The notes beneath the pieces were generated by a model that saw only the letters and a program-made list of their open reading frames with translations, did not search any database and was not told the DNA's origin. The position numbers were made by a program, and so were the translations under genes. Shown here in pieces: positions 9,635 to 18,629 of a stretch of 64,000 nt of DNA. Every line of letters starts with the position of its first letter. The stretch's first letter is position 1. The stretch lies in contig CAVOMX010000022.1 of assembly GCA_963697165.1 (NCBI GenBank), forward strand, positions 1 to 64,000. The letters are read 5' to 3'. This DNA is from Candidatus Bathyarchaeota archaeon (lineage in GTDB: Archaea; Thermoproteota; Bathyarchaeia; Bathyarchaeales; Bathyarchaeaceae).

Positions 9635-10780
9635 ATGAACATAACTAAACCCGTCGCATTGATTTTACTTACATTTTTAGTAATTTCTGCTAGTATAACA
9701 TCCATATTTGTTCACAATCAAATCAACCGAGATTCCAAAGAAGAATTCTTTTTCGGAGTAACCTATGGACAAAATACCCTAGAAGAAGCGAAAATCCTCA
9801 TAGATAAGGTAAAAAATTACACTAATCTATTCATAATTAATTCTTCTCCAATTACAAGAACAAACACAAATCCCCTAATTCTAAATGAAATCTGTGATTA
9901 TGCCGCAAAAGCAAATCTTCACTTCATAGTCTACTTCTTTTCCTTCCTTAGTGGTCCTTGGCAGCAAGAATGGCTTGATACGGCAAAACAGACATGGGGA
10001 GAAAAGTTCCTAGGTGTATATCTAAGGGATGAACATGGCGGAAGACAAATAGAACTCACAGAACCAATCACCAGCAGCATGGCGTCAAATTATAGCGACG
10101 CAGCAAACCAATTTATCCAAACTATATCCACAAGCTTCAGCATGAGGCTTCTACATGACAAGACTGTTCCAGTCTTCACTTCTGATTTTGCCCTTTACCA
10201 TTATGATTACCTAGCAGGATTCGACACAGTTTTTGCCGAGTTGGGTTGGAACAACAGTAGAATACGAGAAATAGCCCTCTGCCGCGGTGCAGCAAATATG
10301 CTAAAAAAAGACTGGGGCACTATAATCACGTGGACATACATGCAGCCGCCTTACATTGCTAACAGTACAGAAATTTACCAAGACATGGTGACTTCTTATA
10401 ATACAGGGGCAAAATACGTAATCGTGTTTAATTACCCGCAATATCCCGAAGACAACCAGTATGGAATATTAAAAGATGAACACTTATCGGCAATGAAACA
10501 ATTTTGGGATTACACTGCTTCATGTCCAAGAGGAGCAGAAAAGATCACAGCTCAGGTAGCCTATATTCTTCCTAAGGACTACGGATGGGGTATGAGACGT
10601 CTAGATGACAAGATCTGGGGAATCTGGGATGCAGACGAAAAATCCCCAACAATTTGGGAGAATTTGAACAAACTTGAAACAAAATATGGCTTAAAATTAG
10701 ACATCATCTACAATGATCCTAGATACAACCCCAAAGGGAAATATTATCAAGTGTATCTTTGGAATGCCACAATCAACTGA
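9635..10780 (+). CDS. Membrane-anchored or secreted hypothetical protein
   Basis: 381 aa with an N-terminal hydrophobic helix and aromatic-rich body; motifs LGVYLRDEHGG and VFAELGWN. Confidence 0.85.
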   Translation: MNITKPVALILLTFLVISASITSIFVHNQINRDSKEEFFFGVTYGQNTLEEAKILIDKVKNYTNLFIINSSPITRTNTNPLILNEICDYAAKANLHFIVYFFSFLSGPWQQEWLDTAKQTWGEKFLGVYLRDEHGGRQIELTEPITSSMASNYSDAANQFIQTISTSFSMRLLHDKTVPVFTSDFALYHYDYLAGFDTVFAELGWNNSRIREIALCRGAANMLKKDWGTIITWTYMQPPYIANSTEIYQDMVTSYNTGAKYVIVFNYPQYPEDNQYGILKDEHLSAMKQFWDYTASCPRGAEKITAQVAYILPKDYGWGMRRLDDKIWGIWDADEKSPTIWENLNKLETKYGLKLDIIYNDPRYNPKGKYYQVYLWNATIN

Positions 10781-10903
10781 ATTCGACGGTTAGGGTATGT
10801 GCGAGTGCGTGCAGGTTTTGCACATGAGGGAAGGTAAGTAGGTAAGAGAGAAAGCGAACAAGAGCTAGAATTGGGGAGAAAGAATACGTAAATGGGCGTA
10901 GAC

Positions 10904-10921
10904 TTTTGGGTTTAGGGTTAA
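10904..10921 (+). repeat. Left-arm copy of the 13-7-13 site
   Basis: TTTTGGGTTTAGGGTTAA; 17/18 identical to 7058-7075. Confidence 0.55.
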
Positions 10922-11140
10922 TCTATCATTAAAAAGGGGGAGTTTAAGGGTCTGTATTGAACCTTTAAGATGAAAACCTGTAGATACAATCCTGAAAAAA
11001 ACATCGCTACACTTTTGCATGATGCGTTTTCCTGAATACGTCTTTCCAATGATTTTTGCTTCCACACTGGAAATTTGATTATTTTTGTTTTCGTGTACCC
11101 TTTCTTAATCTTTTTTAGGTGTTAATCAAAGTCTGAACAC

Positions 11141-11206
11141 CAAAAAAGGAGGGGGTTACGGGAGATTTCGCCATGGGATTTGGGTTCAAATCTCTTCAGC
11201 CCACCA
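11141..11206 (+). repeat. Degenerate repeat ending in a tRNA-3'-end-like (att-like) segment, copy 2; probable island boundary
   Basis: GGGTTCAAATCTCTTCAGCCCACCA ends in ACCA; direct repeat of 1937-2020; no tRNA 5' half upstream. Confidence 0.65.
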
Positions 11207-11611
11207 TTACATTCTTGTGATTAGTTGGTAGGTTCTTATCATCTTCATTTGAGAATCCATTTTGCTTCGAGTTATGTGTGCTTAACTTGTAGTTTGTGTG
11301 CCGAGGGGTGTGCCTCGTTCTAGTGGAGTGGTGCTGTGAATTTTTTTAGTCTTTGTGTTCTACATGTTGATTAGTTGCTTTTCATGAGTGGTTTTCGCTC
11401 ACTTTCTATAGTTATTTCTTTATGTTATTGCTGCTTTTTTGTTAATTTTTGTGTTTTGTGGATTATTGTTTAATTTTATAATATGCTTTGATATTGTTAG
11501 TTGTCACATTTACCTTTATATTGGGGTTTGAACTTTTATAAAATCAACAATATATCTTGAAAAAGACATATTGTATGCGTGTATAACATAACTACAACTG
11601 GAATAAAAAAT

Positions 11612-12007
11612 ATGAATCATCAAACAATGAGAAAAGCTGAACTTAAACTTGTTAGAGGTCTCCTTGACCTCGTTGTATTAGGATTGTTGAAAGAAAAATC
11701 CATTCATGGCTATGGAATTATCACAAGTATTCGAAGAACTTTCGGAGTTTATTTCGGTCCAAGCACCGTTTACCCGATGCTCAATGAGCTTGAAAAGCAG
11801 GGCAACATCAAAAGCGAATGGGATCTAACCCATGACCGCCCAAGAAAAGTCTACTCCCTAACACCAGAAGGGCACAGCCTGTTAACTGGTGCAGAAGAAT
11901 CACTATATCAAATATGCACTAGACTTAACGAATTTGGAATGAACCGCCTTCACTTCAACAATACAATTGAGGGCCAACTCAAAGTTAACAAAGTGTCTTC
12001 AATGTGA
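11612..12007 (+). CDS. PadR family transcriptional regulator
   Basis: 'RGLLDLVVLGLL...HGYGII...GPSTVYPML..LE..G...RPRKVYSLT.EG'. Confidence 0.92.
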   Translation: MNHQTMRKAELKLVRGLLDLVVLGLLKEKSIHGYGIITSIRRTFGVYFGPSTVYPMLNELEKQGNIKSEWDLTHDRPRKVYSLTPEGHSLLTGAEESLYQICTRLNEFGMNRLHFNNTIEGQLKVNKVSSM

Positions 12008-12295
12008 CTTCGCCTGCAACTCCAAACCACAAAATCTTCACTGGCATTACATGACGCTATAACAGCAAGAGACAAAAAACAACTCAAGTTCGCCAAATGC
12101 CAAAACTGCGGACTCTTAACTCCCACCTGTTGCGATTTTTGAAAGGTAACAGCCTGCACTGTAAAAAATGTGAAATACACATTTTATTATTATGAATAAA
12201 CCTGTAAACAACATGCGCCGCATTAGCCATTCCTAACTCGGAAAATAGGGAACTGGTAGATGTTACTTCTACGGTTACTCTGTTGTGTGGATCTT

Positions 12296-13057
12296 TTATC
12301 CTAGCATGAATAGAACTGCGGTCATTGTTAGCATGCCTAGGAAGAGGCTTGTTATTGCTATGTGTGCTTCTCCGTGGCTTAGGGAGAGTGGTAGTAGCTC
12401 GTCGAAGCTTATGAAGACCATTATTCCTGCAACAAAGGCTAGTGCCAAATTGAGTACGAACGGGGTTATGAATGGGAATAATACGAAGAATCCTATGAGT
12501 GCTCCGATTGGTTCAGAGAGTCCTGAGAGAAGAGACCATATGAACGCCTTTTTTCTGTTCTTTGTTGCGTAGTAGATTGGAATCGACACTGAGATTCCTT
12601 CAGGTATGTTGTGGAGTGCGATGGCAATTAGTAGGACAAGACCCAGATGCGGGTCCTTGAGTGTGCCAAACAGTGTGATTATGCCTTCGGGAAAATTATG
12701 GATAACTATTCCCGCTGAAACAAGCATTCCCGTCTTCATTAGCCTCTTGTTTTTCTTTTCTTTTTCAGTTATTTTTTCTTCCTCGTATTCGTGTGGTATC
12801 AGAAACTCGATTGCCGCTATTGCTGCGATGCCCAAAAAGAAGGCGATGTTTGCGTTTAGGAATCCAGTTTCTGTTACTGCCGAGAACAGCAGCTCCATGA
12901 ACGAGATTTGTATCAGGACGCCAGCAGAGAATCCCATCAGCAAAGAGAGATACCTGTGTTTGAAGTCTTTTATGAAAAATGCTACTAGGCTTCCAAGACC
13001 TGTGGATAGTCCTGCAGCTAGAGAAAACAGGAAGGCAATCAGTATTGTGTCGGTCAT
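12296..13057 (-). CDS. zupT: ZIP family zinc transporter ZupT
   Basis: 'AGLSTGLG', 'IHNFPEG', 'ALHNIPEG', 'SGLSEP' and 'ISFDELLP' motifs. Confidence 0.93.
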   Translation of the reverse strand: MTDTILIAFLFSLAAGLSTGLGSLVAFFIKDFKHRYLSLLMGFSAGVLIQISFMELLFSAVTETGFLNANIAFFLGIAAIAAIEFLIPHEYEEEKITEKEKKNKRLMKTGMLVSAGIVIHNFPEGIITLFGTLKDPHLGLVLLIAIALHNIPEGISVSIPIYYATKNRKKAFIWSLLSGLSEPIGALIGFFVLFPFITPFVLNLALAFVAGIMVFISFDELLPLSLSHGEAHIAITSLFLGMLTMTAVLFMLG

Positions 13058-13087
13058 CAAAGCACCCAAAGCATAGATGAGAACATA

Positions 13088-13303
13088 TTAGTTTTTTGGC
13101 AACTCGCGTTTAAGCGTGTTTACAAAGTTTTCTTCGTCTTCTGCGATTCTATTCTTTACTTCTTTCCATGTTGCTGGGCAATTCTTGTATTCGGTTCCGA
13201 CGATGCTGTGGATGGCTCTGTCAACTTCTTGTCTGTTTTCTTTTGTAATTGTTATTCCCGCTTTTTCGAAGATTGGTTTTAGGTGTCTGAAGTAGCATGT
13301 CAT
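13088..13303 (-). CDS. Small hypothetical protein (MTCYFRH...KNCPATWK)
   Basis: 71 aa from ATG at 13303, TATA-like sequence upstream, co-oriented with zupT. Confidence 0.75.
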   Translation of the reverse strand: MTCYFRHLKPIFEKAGITITKENRQEVDRAIHSIVGTEYKNCPATWKEVKNRIAEDEENFVNTLKRELPKN

Positions 13304-13412
13304 GGTGGTTTGATTGTTTGTTTGGAAATGTTTATAAGTTTGTGTGCCAGTTGCCTTACGGCAATAGGTTGCCGTATGCCAACTGATTATGGGGGAAAAA
13401 GAGGAAAACACA

Positions 13413-13859
13413 ATGAAACGCGTCTCAATCAAACAAGAAGCATGCATAGGCTGCGGACTCTGTCAAGTCTACTGCACAGTAGAACACTCCAAAACCAAAG
13501 ACCCCATCAAAGCATACCTAAAAGAACAACCCCGCCCAGTCAGCCGCGTAAGAGTAGAAACAAGCAAACCAAACTCAATCTCAATCAGATGCCAACAATG
13601 TAAAGACACACCCTGCGTAATTGCCTGCCTAGCAGGAGCAATGACACATGACAAAGAAACCGGACTAGTTGTGCATGACGCAGAAAAATGCATAGGATGC
13701 TGGACCTGCATCATGGTCTGCCCATACGGCGCCATAAAACCTGATTCTACAGGAAAAATCATAGCAAAATGTGACCTTTGCCCAAACTTGGAAGTTCCCG
13801 CGTGCGTAGCCAACTGCCCAAACGAGGCGCTGGTCTGCGAAGAGGTGGAACAGCAATGA
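13413..13859 (+). CDS. 4Fe-4S dicluster protein (CooF/DmsB/HydN-like)
   Basis: CIGCGLCQVYC, CQQC...CVIAC, CIGCWTCIMVCP and KCDLC...CVANCP. Confidence 0.92.
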   Translation: MKRVSIKQEACIGCGLCQVYCTVEHSKTKDPIKAYLKEQPRPVSRVRVETSKPNSISIRCQQCKDTPCVIACLAGAMTHDKETGLVVHDAEKCIGCWTCIMVCPYGAIKPDSTGKIIAKCDLCPNLEVPACVANCPNEALVCEEVEQQ

Positions 13860-15130
13860 CAAAATACTTGATTATCGGCGGCTCCGCAGGAGGCATCGGA
13901 GCAGTTGAAGCCATAAGAGAAATTGACCCAGTGGGAACGTTGACAGTAATTTCGGAAGAAACAGTTCCACAGTATTCCCGTCCAATGATCTCCGAATACG
14001 TCAGCCGAGAAGCCACGTTAGAAACAATGAAATACCGCGGCGACCAGTTCTGGAAAAACAACAACGTCCAGACACTTACAGGAAGAACCGCAATAAAAAT
14101 ACACTTCACAAAAAAACAGGTTGAACTCGACGGCGGAGAAAAAATCGATTACGAGAAGCTTCTAATCGCCACCGGCGGAAAACCCTTTGTTCCAAGAATG
14201 GAGGGCGGAGAAAAAAGTGGAGTCTTCACGTTTACAGAGCTTTCCAGCGCAGAATGCCTAGAAGCCAAGCTGGCGCACTCCAAGAGTGCCGTGGTTATCG
14301 GCGGAGGTCTCATCGGCGTCAGCGCATCTGAGGCGTTGGTGAAACGTGGAATAAAAGTAACTTTAGTGGAACTCAAAGATAACATACTCAACCTCATATT
14401 GGACAAGACGGCTTCAGAGATAGCAGAAAAAGTGCTCACAGAAGCCGGAGTCACAGTAATAACCGGACAAACAGTCCAAAAGATTCTGGGACGAAACGAC
14501 AACGAAGCTGCTGTTGGCAAAGTTGTGATGAGTAACGGCACAGAAATCCCATGCGACTTGGTGGTTGTTGCAATCGGAGTTGTCCCCCGCACAGAACTCG
14601 TCAAAGAAACAGACCTAAAAGTAAACCGTGGAATAGTTGTGGACAGGTTCATGCGAACCAACCTGCCTGACGTTTACGCTTGTGGGGATGTTGCAGAAGC
14701 CCACGACTTCCTTCTAGGCAAAAGCCGTCTCCTACCCCTCTGGCCACTAGCTCATCTGGGAGGACGAGTAGCAGGCTACAACATGGCAGGAAAACAAGCA
14801 GAATACGAAGGAGGAACCGTAATGAGTTCCCTGAAATACTTCGATTTGCCCGTTATCGCAGTAGGAGACGTGAACCCAGCAGACAACAGCGATTACGAAG
14901 TATTAGTTGAGCTTAAACCCGAAAAAATGGTGTACAAGAAGATACTACTCAAGGACAACGTGATTGAAGGTTTCATCTTCTTGGGAGAAATCGAGAAAGC
15001 TGGGATACTCTTCAGGCTGCTGAAGAACCATGTTAATGTGGCTGAACTCAAGGACAAGCTTCTCCTTGAGGATTTTGGCATCGTTACACTGCCCGAGCAA
15101 CTGAGACAAAAAATGTTCGTGGTGAACTAA
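13856..15130 (+). CDS. NAD(P)/FAD-dependent oxidoreductase (NirB/rubredoxin-reductase-like)
   Basis: IIGGSAGG, LIATGG, VIGGGLIG and T..PDVYACGD; ATGA overlap with the upstream gene. Confidence 0.92.
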   Translation: MTKYLIIGGSAGGIGAVEAIREIDPVGTLTVISEETVPQYSRPMISEYVSREATLETMKYRGDQFWKNNNVQTLTGRTAIKIHFTKKQVELDGGEKIDYEKLLIATGGKPFVPRMEGGEKSGVFTFTELSSAECLEAKLAHSKSAVVIGGGLIGVSASEALVKRGIKVTLVELKDNILNLILDKTASEIAEKVLTEAGVTVITGQTVQKILGRNDNEAAVGKVVMSNGTEIPCDLVVVAIGVVPRTELVKETDLKVNRGIVVDRFMRTNLPDVYACGDVAEAHDFLLGKSRLLPLWPLAHLGGRVAGYNMAGKQAEYEGGTVMSSLKYFDLPVIAVGDVNPADNSDYEVLVELKPEKMVYKKILLKDNVIEGFIFLGEIEKAGILFRLLKNHVNVAELKDKLLLEDFGIVTLPEQLRQKMFVVN

Positions 15131-15131
15131 A

Positions 15132-16256
15132 ATGAATGACCTAGCTAAAACTAACAACCCTCATGGCGACGAGAAGGTCTTTGATGCCTGCTCCATATTT
15201 GGTATGATGAACCTTAAGGGAGAACGTTTCTCAGCAAAAGATCCGATCCGAGCAATGGCTAATATGCATGACCGAGGAAACGGTTTGGGAGGAGGCTTTG
15301 CGGCTTATGGCATCTACCCAGAATACAAGACCGAATACGCGTTTCAAATAATGTTCCTTGACAGAGAAGCAAAAAAGAAGACTTCCCGTCTGCTCAGCGA
15401 GTGCTTCAACATAGTCAACGAAGAGGAGATGCCAACACAGGAAGCCAACGTTACGGACCCACCTCTAATGTGGCGCTATTTCCTTCAGCCCAAACCATCC
15501 AAGATGGATGGTCAGACCGCTGACGATTTCGTGATGGAAAAGGTTACTCGAATCAACACTGAAACAGGAAAAGCCTTCGTGTTTTCAAGCGGAAAAAACA
15601 TGGGAGTCTTTAAGGGGGTCGGCTTTCCTGAGGATGTGGCGGAGTACTTCTGCTTGGAAGAGTATGAGGGATACCTCTGGACTGGTCATGGAAGGTTCCC
15701 AACTAATACTCAGGGATGGTGGGGAGGCGCTCACCCATTCAGTATGCTGGACTGGACTGTTGTTCACAACGGAGAAATCTCGTCGTATGGTATCAACAAG
15801 CGGTACTTGGAGATGTTCGGATACAAATGCACAATGCAGACGGACACAGAAGTGATGGCATACGCTTTCGACCTTCTGATGAGAAGGCAACGTTTGCCCA
15901 TCGGGATTGTATCCAAGATTCTTGCCCCGCCCCTGTGGTCAGAAATCAAGGCAATGAAGCCAGAAAACGAACTTGCCCTGCGGGCATTGCGACAGACATA
16001 CGGCAGTCTCCTGATGAACGGACCATTCACCATCATAGTTGCTCATGAAGGTGAAATGATTGGACTCACAGACAGAATAAAGCTTCGACCACTCACTGCA
16101 GCAGAGAAGGATAATTTTCTGTTTTTGTCTTCGGAGGAGGCCGCCATACGACTAGTTTCGCCAATGCTAGACCGGGTTTGGAGCCCAAAAGGCGGAGAGC
16201 CTGTGATTGGAAGACTAGAATCTCCCGTTGTGGGGGGTAACAGTTTAGGAGATTAA
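15132..16256 (+). CDS. Glutamate synthase, class-II glutamine amidotransferase subunit (GltB domain 1)
   Basis: 'DACSIFG' (Ntn Cys), HDRGNGLGGG, HGRFPTNT, AHPF, HNGEI, TDTE and DRIKLRP. Confidence 0.92.
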   Translation: MNDLAKTNNPHGDEKVFDACSIFGMMNLKGERFSAKDPIRAMANMHDRGNGLGGGFAAYGIYPEYKTEYAFQIMFLDREAKKKTSRLLSECFNIVNEEEMPTQEANVTDPPLMWRYFLQPKPSKMDGQTADDFVMEKVTRINTETGKAFVFSSGKNMGVFKGVGFPEDVAEYFCLEEYEGYLWTGHGRFPTNTQGWWGGAHPFSMLDWTVVHNGEISSYGINKRYLEMFGYKCTMQTDTEVMAYAFDLLMRRQRLPIGIVSKILAPPLWSEIKAMKPENELALRALRQTYGSLLMNGPFTIIVAHEGEMIGLTDRIKLRPLTAAEKDNFLFLSSEEAAIRLVSPMLDRVWSPKGGEPVIGRLESPVVGGNSLGD

Positions 16257-16260
16257 GATT

Positions 16261-17772
16261 ATGAAGAGTTACGTTATCCCCGAGTATCTCATAGAACGAG
16301 ATAATGATCGATGTATCCGCTGCAAAGTCTGCGTGAACCAATGCAGCTACGATACTCATTACTACGATGAGGAAGATGACATCCTGAGAAGCAGAAACGA
16401 GAACTGCGTTAACTGCCAGCGGTGCGCCACTTTCTGTCCAACCCAAGCCATAACCATACGTGAGAACCCTAATCATTACAGGCCTAACGCGAACTGGACT
16501 CAAGAAGTCCTCACTGGAATAAAGAAGCAGGCTGAAACCGGAGGAGTTGTCCTCACTGCTATGGGATGCGACAAACCCAACCTGTCATACTGGGACAGGC
16601 TTCTGTTGAACGCAAGCCAAGTCACAAACCCATCTATAGACCCACTTAGAGAACCAATGGAACTGAGAACCTACATTGGCTCAAAACCTGACAAACTTGA
16701 ACTAGCAATTGACAATGGCGAAGTCACGTTGAAAACCAAACTGTCTCCACAACTCCATCTAGAAACCCCAATAATGTTCTCTGCAATGTCCTATGGTTCA
16801 GTAAGTCTCAACGTTCACAAGTCCTTGGCTCGGGCAGCCAGCGAATTTGGCACCTACTACAACACAGGCGAGGGAGGACTCGAAAAGAGCCTCTACAAGT
16901 ATGGAGACCACGTCATTGTCCAAGTAGCTTCTGGACGCTTCGGAGTACATCCTGATTACTTGGATGCGGGAGCGGCAATCGAAATCAAGATTGGACAGGG
17001 AGCGAAGCCTGGGATTGGCGGTCATCTTCCTGGAGAAAAAGTGAGCGCCGAAATCTCTAAGACTCGAATGATTCCCATGGGAACAGACGCCCTATCGCCT
17101 GCGCCCCAGCATGACATTTACTCTATCGAAGACCTAAGGCAGCTAATCTATGCACTAAAAGAAGCCACAGACTACACAAAACCCGTGTTCGTGAAGATTG
17201 CGGCGGTGCACAACTCGGCAGCCATAGCCAGCGGTATAGTCCGAGCAGGAGCCGACGTCGTGGTACTGGATGGTGTAAGAGGTGGAACAGGAGCCGCGCC
17301 ACGGATAACACGCGATAACGTTGGAATTCCAATCGAGATGGCTCTTGCAGCTGTTGATCAGAGGTTACGGGATGAGGGAATACGAAACAGAGCCTCTGTA
17401 ATTGCAGCGGGTGGATTCAAGAGTAGCGCTGATGTTCTCAAGGCGATAGCTTTGGGTGCTGACGCAGTGTACATTGCAACCGCAGCCCTAGTTTCGTTAG
17501 GGTGTACTGTGTGCCAGAAGTGCTACACTGGCAAGTGTCCTTGGGGCCTAGCGACCACTGATCTTTGGCTTACCAAGAGGATTAATCCTAACATTGGCGC
17601 GAAGAGGCTGGTTGGTCTTCTCCGCGGCTGGAGCCTAGAGATTATGGAGATGATGGGCGGAATGGGCATAAACGCCATCGAGAGCGTGCGAGGAAACCGT
17701 TTGCTTCTCAGAGGCGTGGGATTGACTGACACTGAACTGAAAATCTTAGGAGTAAGAATGGTTGGAGACTAA
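16261..17772 (+). CDS. Archaeal-type glutamate synthase FMN-binding subunit with N-terminal 2x[4Fe-4S] (GltB domain 2)
   Basis: AMSYGS, NTGEGG, QVASGRFGV, EIKIGQGAKPGIGGHLPGEKV, SPAPQHDIYSIEDL and CTVCQKCYTGKCP. Confidence 0.95.
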   Translation: MKSYVIPEYLIERDNDRCIRCKVCVNQCSYDTHYYDEEDDILRSRNENCVNCQRCATFCPTQAITIRENPNHYRPNANWTQEVLTGIKKQAETGGVVLTAMGCDKPNLSYWDRLLLNASQVTNPSIDPLREPMELRTYIGSKPDKLELAIDNGEVTLKTKLSPQLHLETPIMFSAMSYGSVSLNVHKSLARAASEFGTYYNTGEGGLEKSLYKYGDHVIVQVASGRFGVHPDYLDAGAAIEIKIGQGAKPGIGGHLPGEKVSAEISKTRMIPMGTDALSPAPQHDIYSIEDLRQLIYALKEATDYTKPVFVKIAAVHNSAAIASGIVRAGADVVVLDGVRGGTGAAPRITRDNVGIPIEMALAAVDQRLRDEGIRNRASVIAAGGFKSSADVLKAIALGADAVYIATAALVSLGCTVCQKCYTGKCPWGLATTDLWLTKRINPNIGAKRLVGLLRGWSLEIMEMMGGMGINAIESVRGNRLLLRGVGLTDTELKILGVRMVGD

Positions 17773-18562
17773 AAAGATGATGCTGAATGATATGATAAAC
17801 CAGATACCCGAAAAATTGAGCATAACAGATAATGTGGCAAAGATTGACGCCACCGGAATGTACTATCGGGACCTCAACAGTCTCCTTAGGCGTCTTGATG
17901 CTAATGGCATCGAAAACATTGAGATTCGCAACGTTTACGGTCAACGCTACATCGGCACCGACCTTGACAACCACATTAATATCGACATTTACGGGACTCC
18001 AGGAAACGACTTGGGAGCCTTCATGAAAGGCGCAAACATTACGGTTCACGGAAACGCGCAGGACGCCTGCGGAAACACAATGGATCACGGCAAAATCGTT
18101 GTTCATGGACGCGCTGGCGACCTTGTTGGGCATTCGATGCGGGGAGGAAAAATCTTCATCCGTGACGATGCTGGATACCGCGTTGGAATCCACATGAAAG
18201 AATATCTCGGAAAAAGACCCGCAATAGTGATTGGCGGAACAGCACAAGATTTCCTCGGAGAGTACATGGCAGGAGGAGTGCTGGTTGTTCTGGGGCTGAA
18301 CATGAAAGAAAAGATTCATGATGCTAGGTTTGTGGGAACTGGGATGCATGGCGGAACAATGTACATTCGAGGCGAAGTGCGCCACTTTGGAGAAGAAGTT
18401 GGAGTTTCGGAGCTTGAAGACGCCGATTACAGGATACTGGGCAGTTTGGTTGACGAGTTCTGTGGTTACTATGGGTTAGATGCCGACAAAATCTTGGAAA
18501 GCAAATTCAACAAAATATTTCCGGTTTCGTCTCGTCCTTATGGAAACCTATACGCCTACTAG
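17762..18562 (+). CDS. Glutamate synthase GXGXG beta-helix subunit (GltB domain 3)
   Basis: GQRYIG, GTPGNDLGAFM, GEYMAGG and GTGMHGG repeats. Confidence 0.92.
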   Translation: METKKMMLNDMINQIPEKLSITDNVAKIDATGMYYRDLNSLLRRLDANGIENIEIRNVYGQRYIGTDLDNHINIDIYGTPGNDLGAFMKGANITVHGNAQDACGNTMDHGKIVVHGRAGDLVGHSMRGGKIFIRDDAGYRVGIHMKEYLGKRPAIVIGGTAQDFLGEYMAGGVLVVLGLNMKEKIHDARFVGTGMHGGTMYIRGEVRHFGEEVGVSELEDADYRILGSLVDEFCGYYGLDADKILESKFNKIFPVSSRPYGNLYAY

Positions 18563-18629
18563 CCATTTGTGTGAATTGGCTGCTGCAATGTTGACTGTTA
18601 AGTAATATGCGTAAACTCTGGCTTCTTTT

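Noticed and set aside
4924..10921. CRISPR array
   Set aside because: The repeat copies are 1.4-2.4 kb apart and separated by whole genes; there is no 30-45 bp spacer periodicity and no cas gene.
10865..11065. Short ORFs in island intergenic DNA (also 1847-2080 and 7018-7206)
   Set aside because: They run through the repeat and palindrome sequences and have no protein-like features.
11141..11206. Intact or split tRNA gene
   Set aside because: Only a T-loop/acceptor 3' side is present. There is no 5' half, the T-stem pairing is broken, and no complementary leader for trans-splicing is evident.
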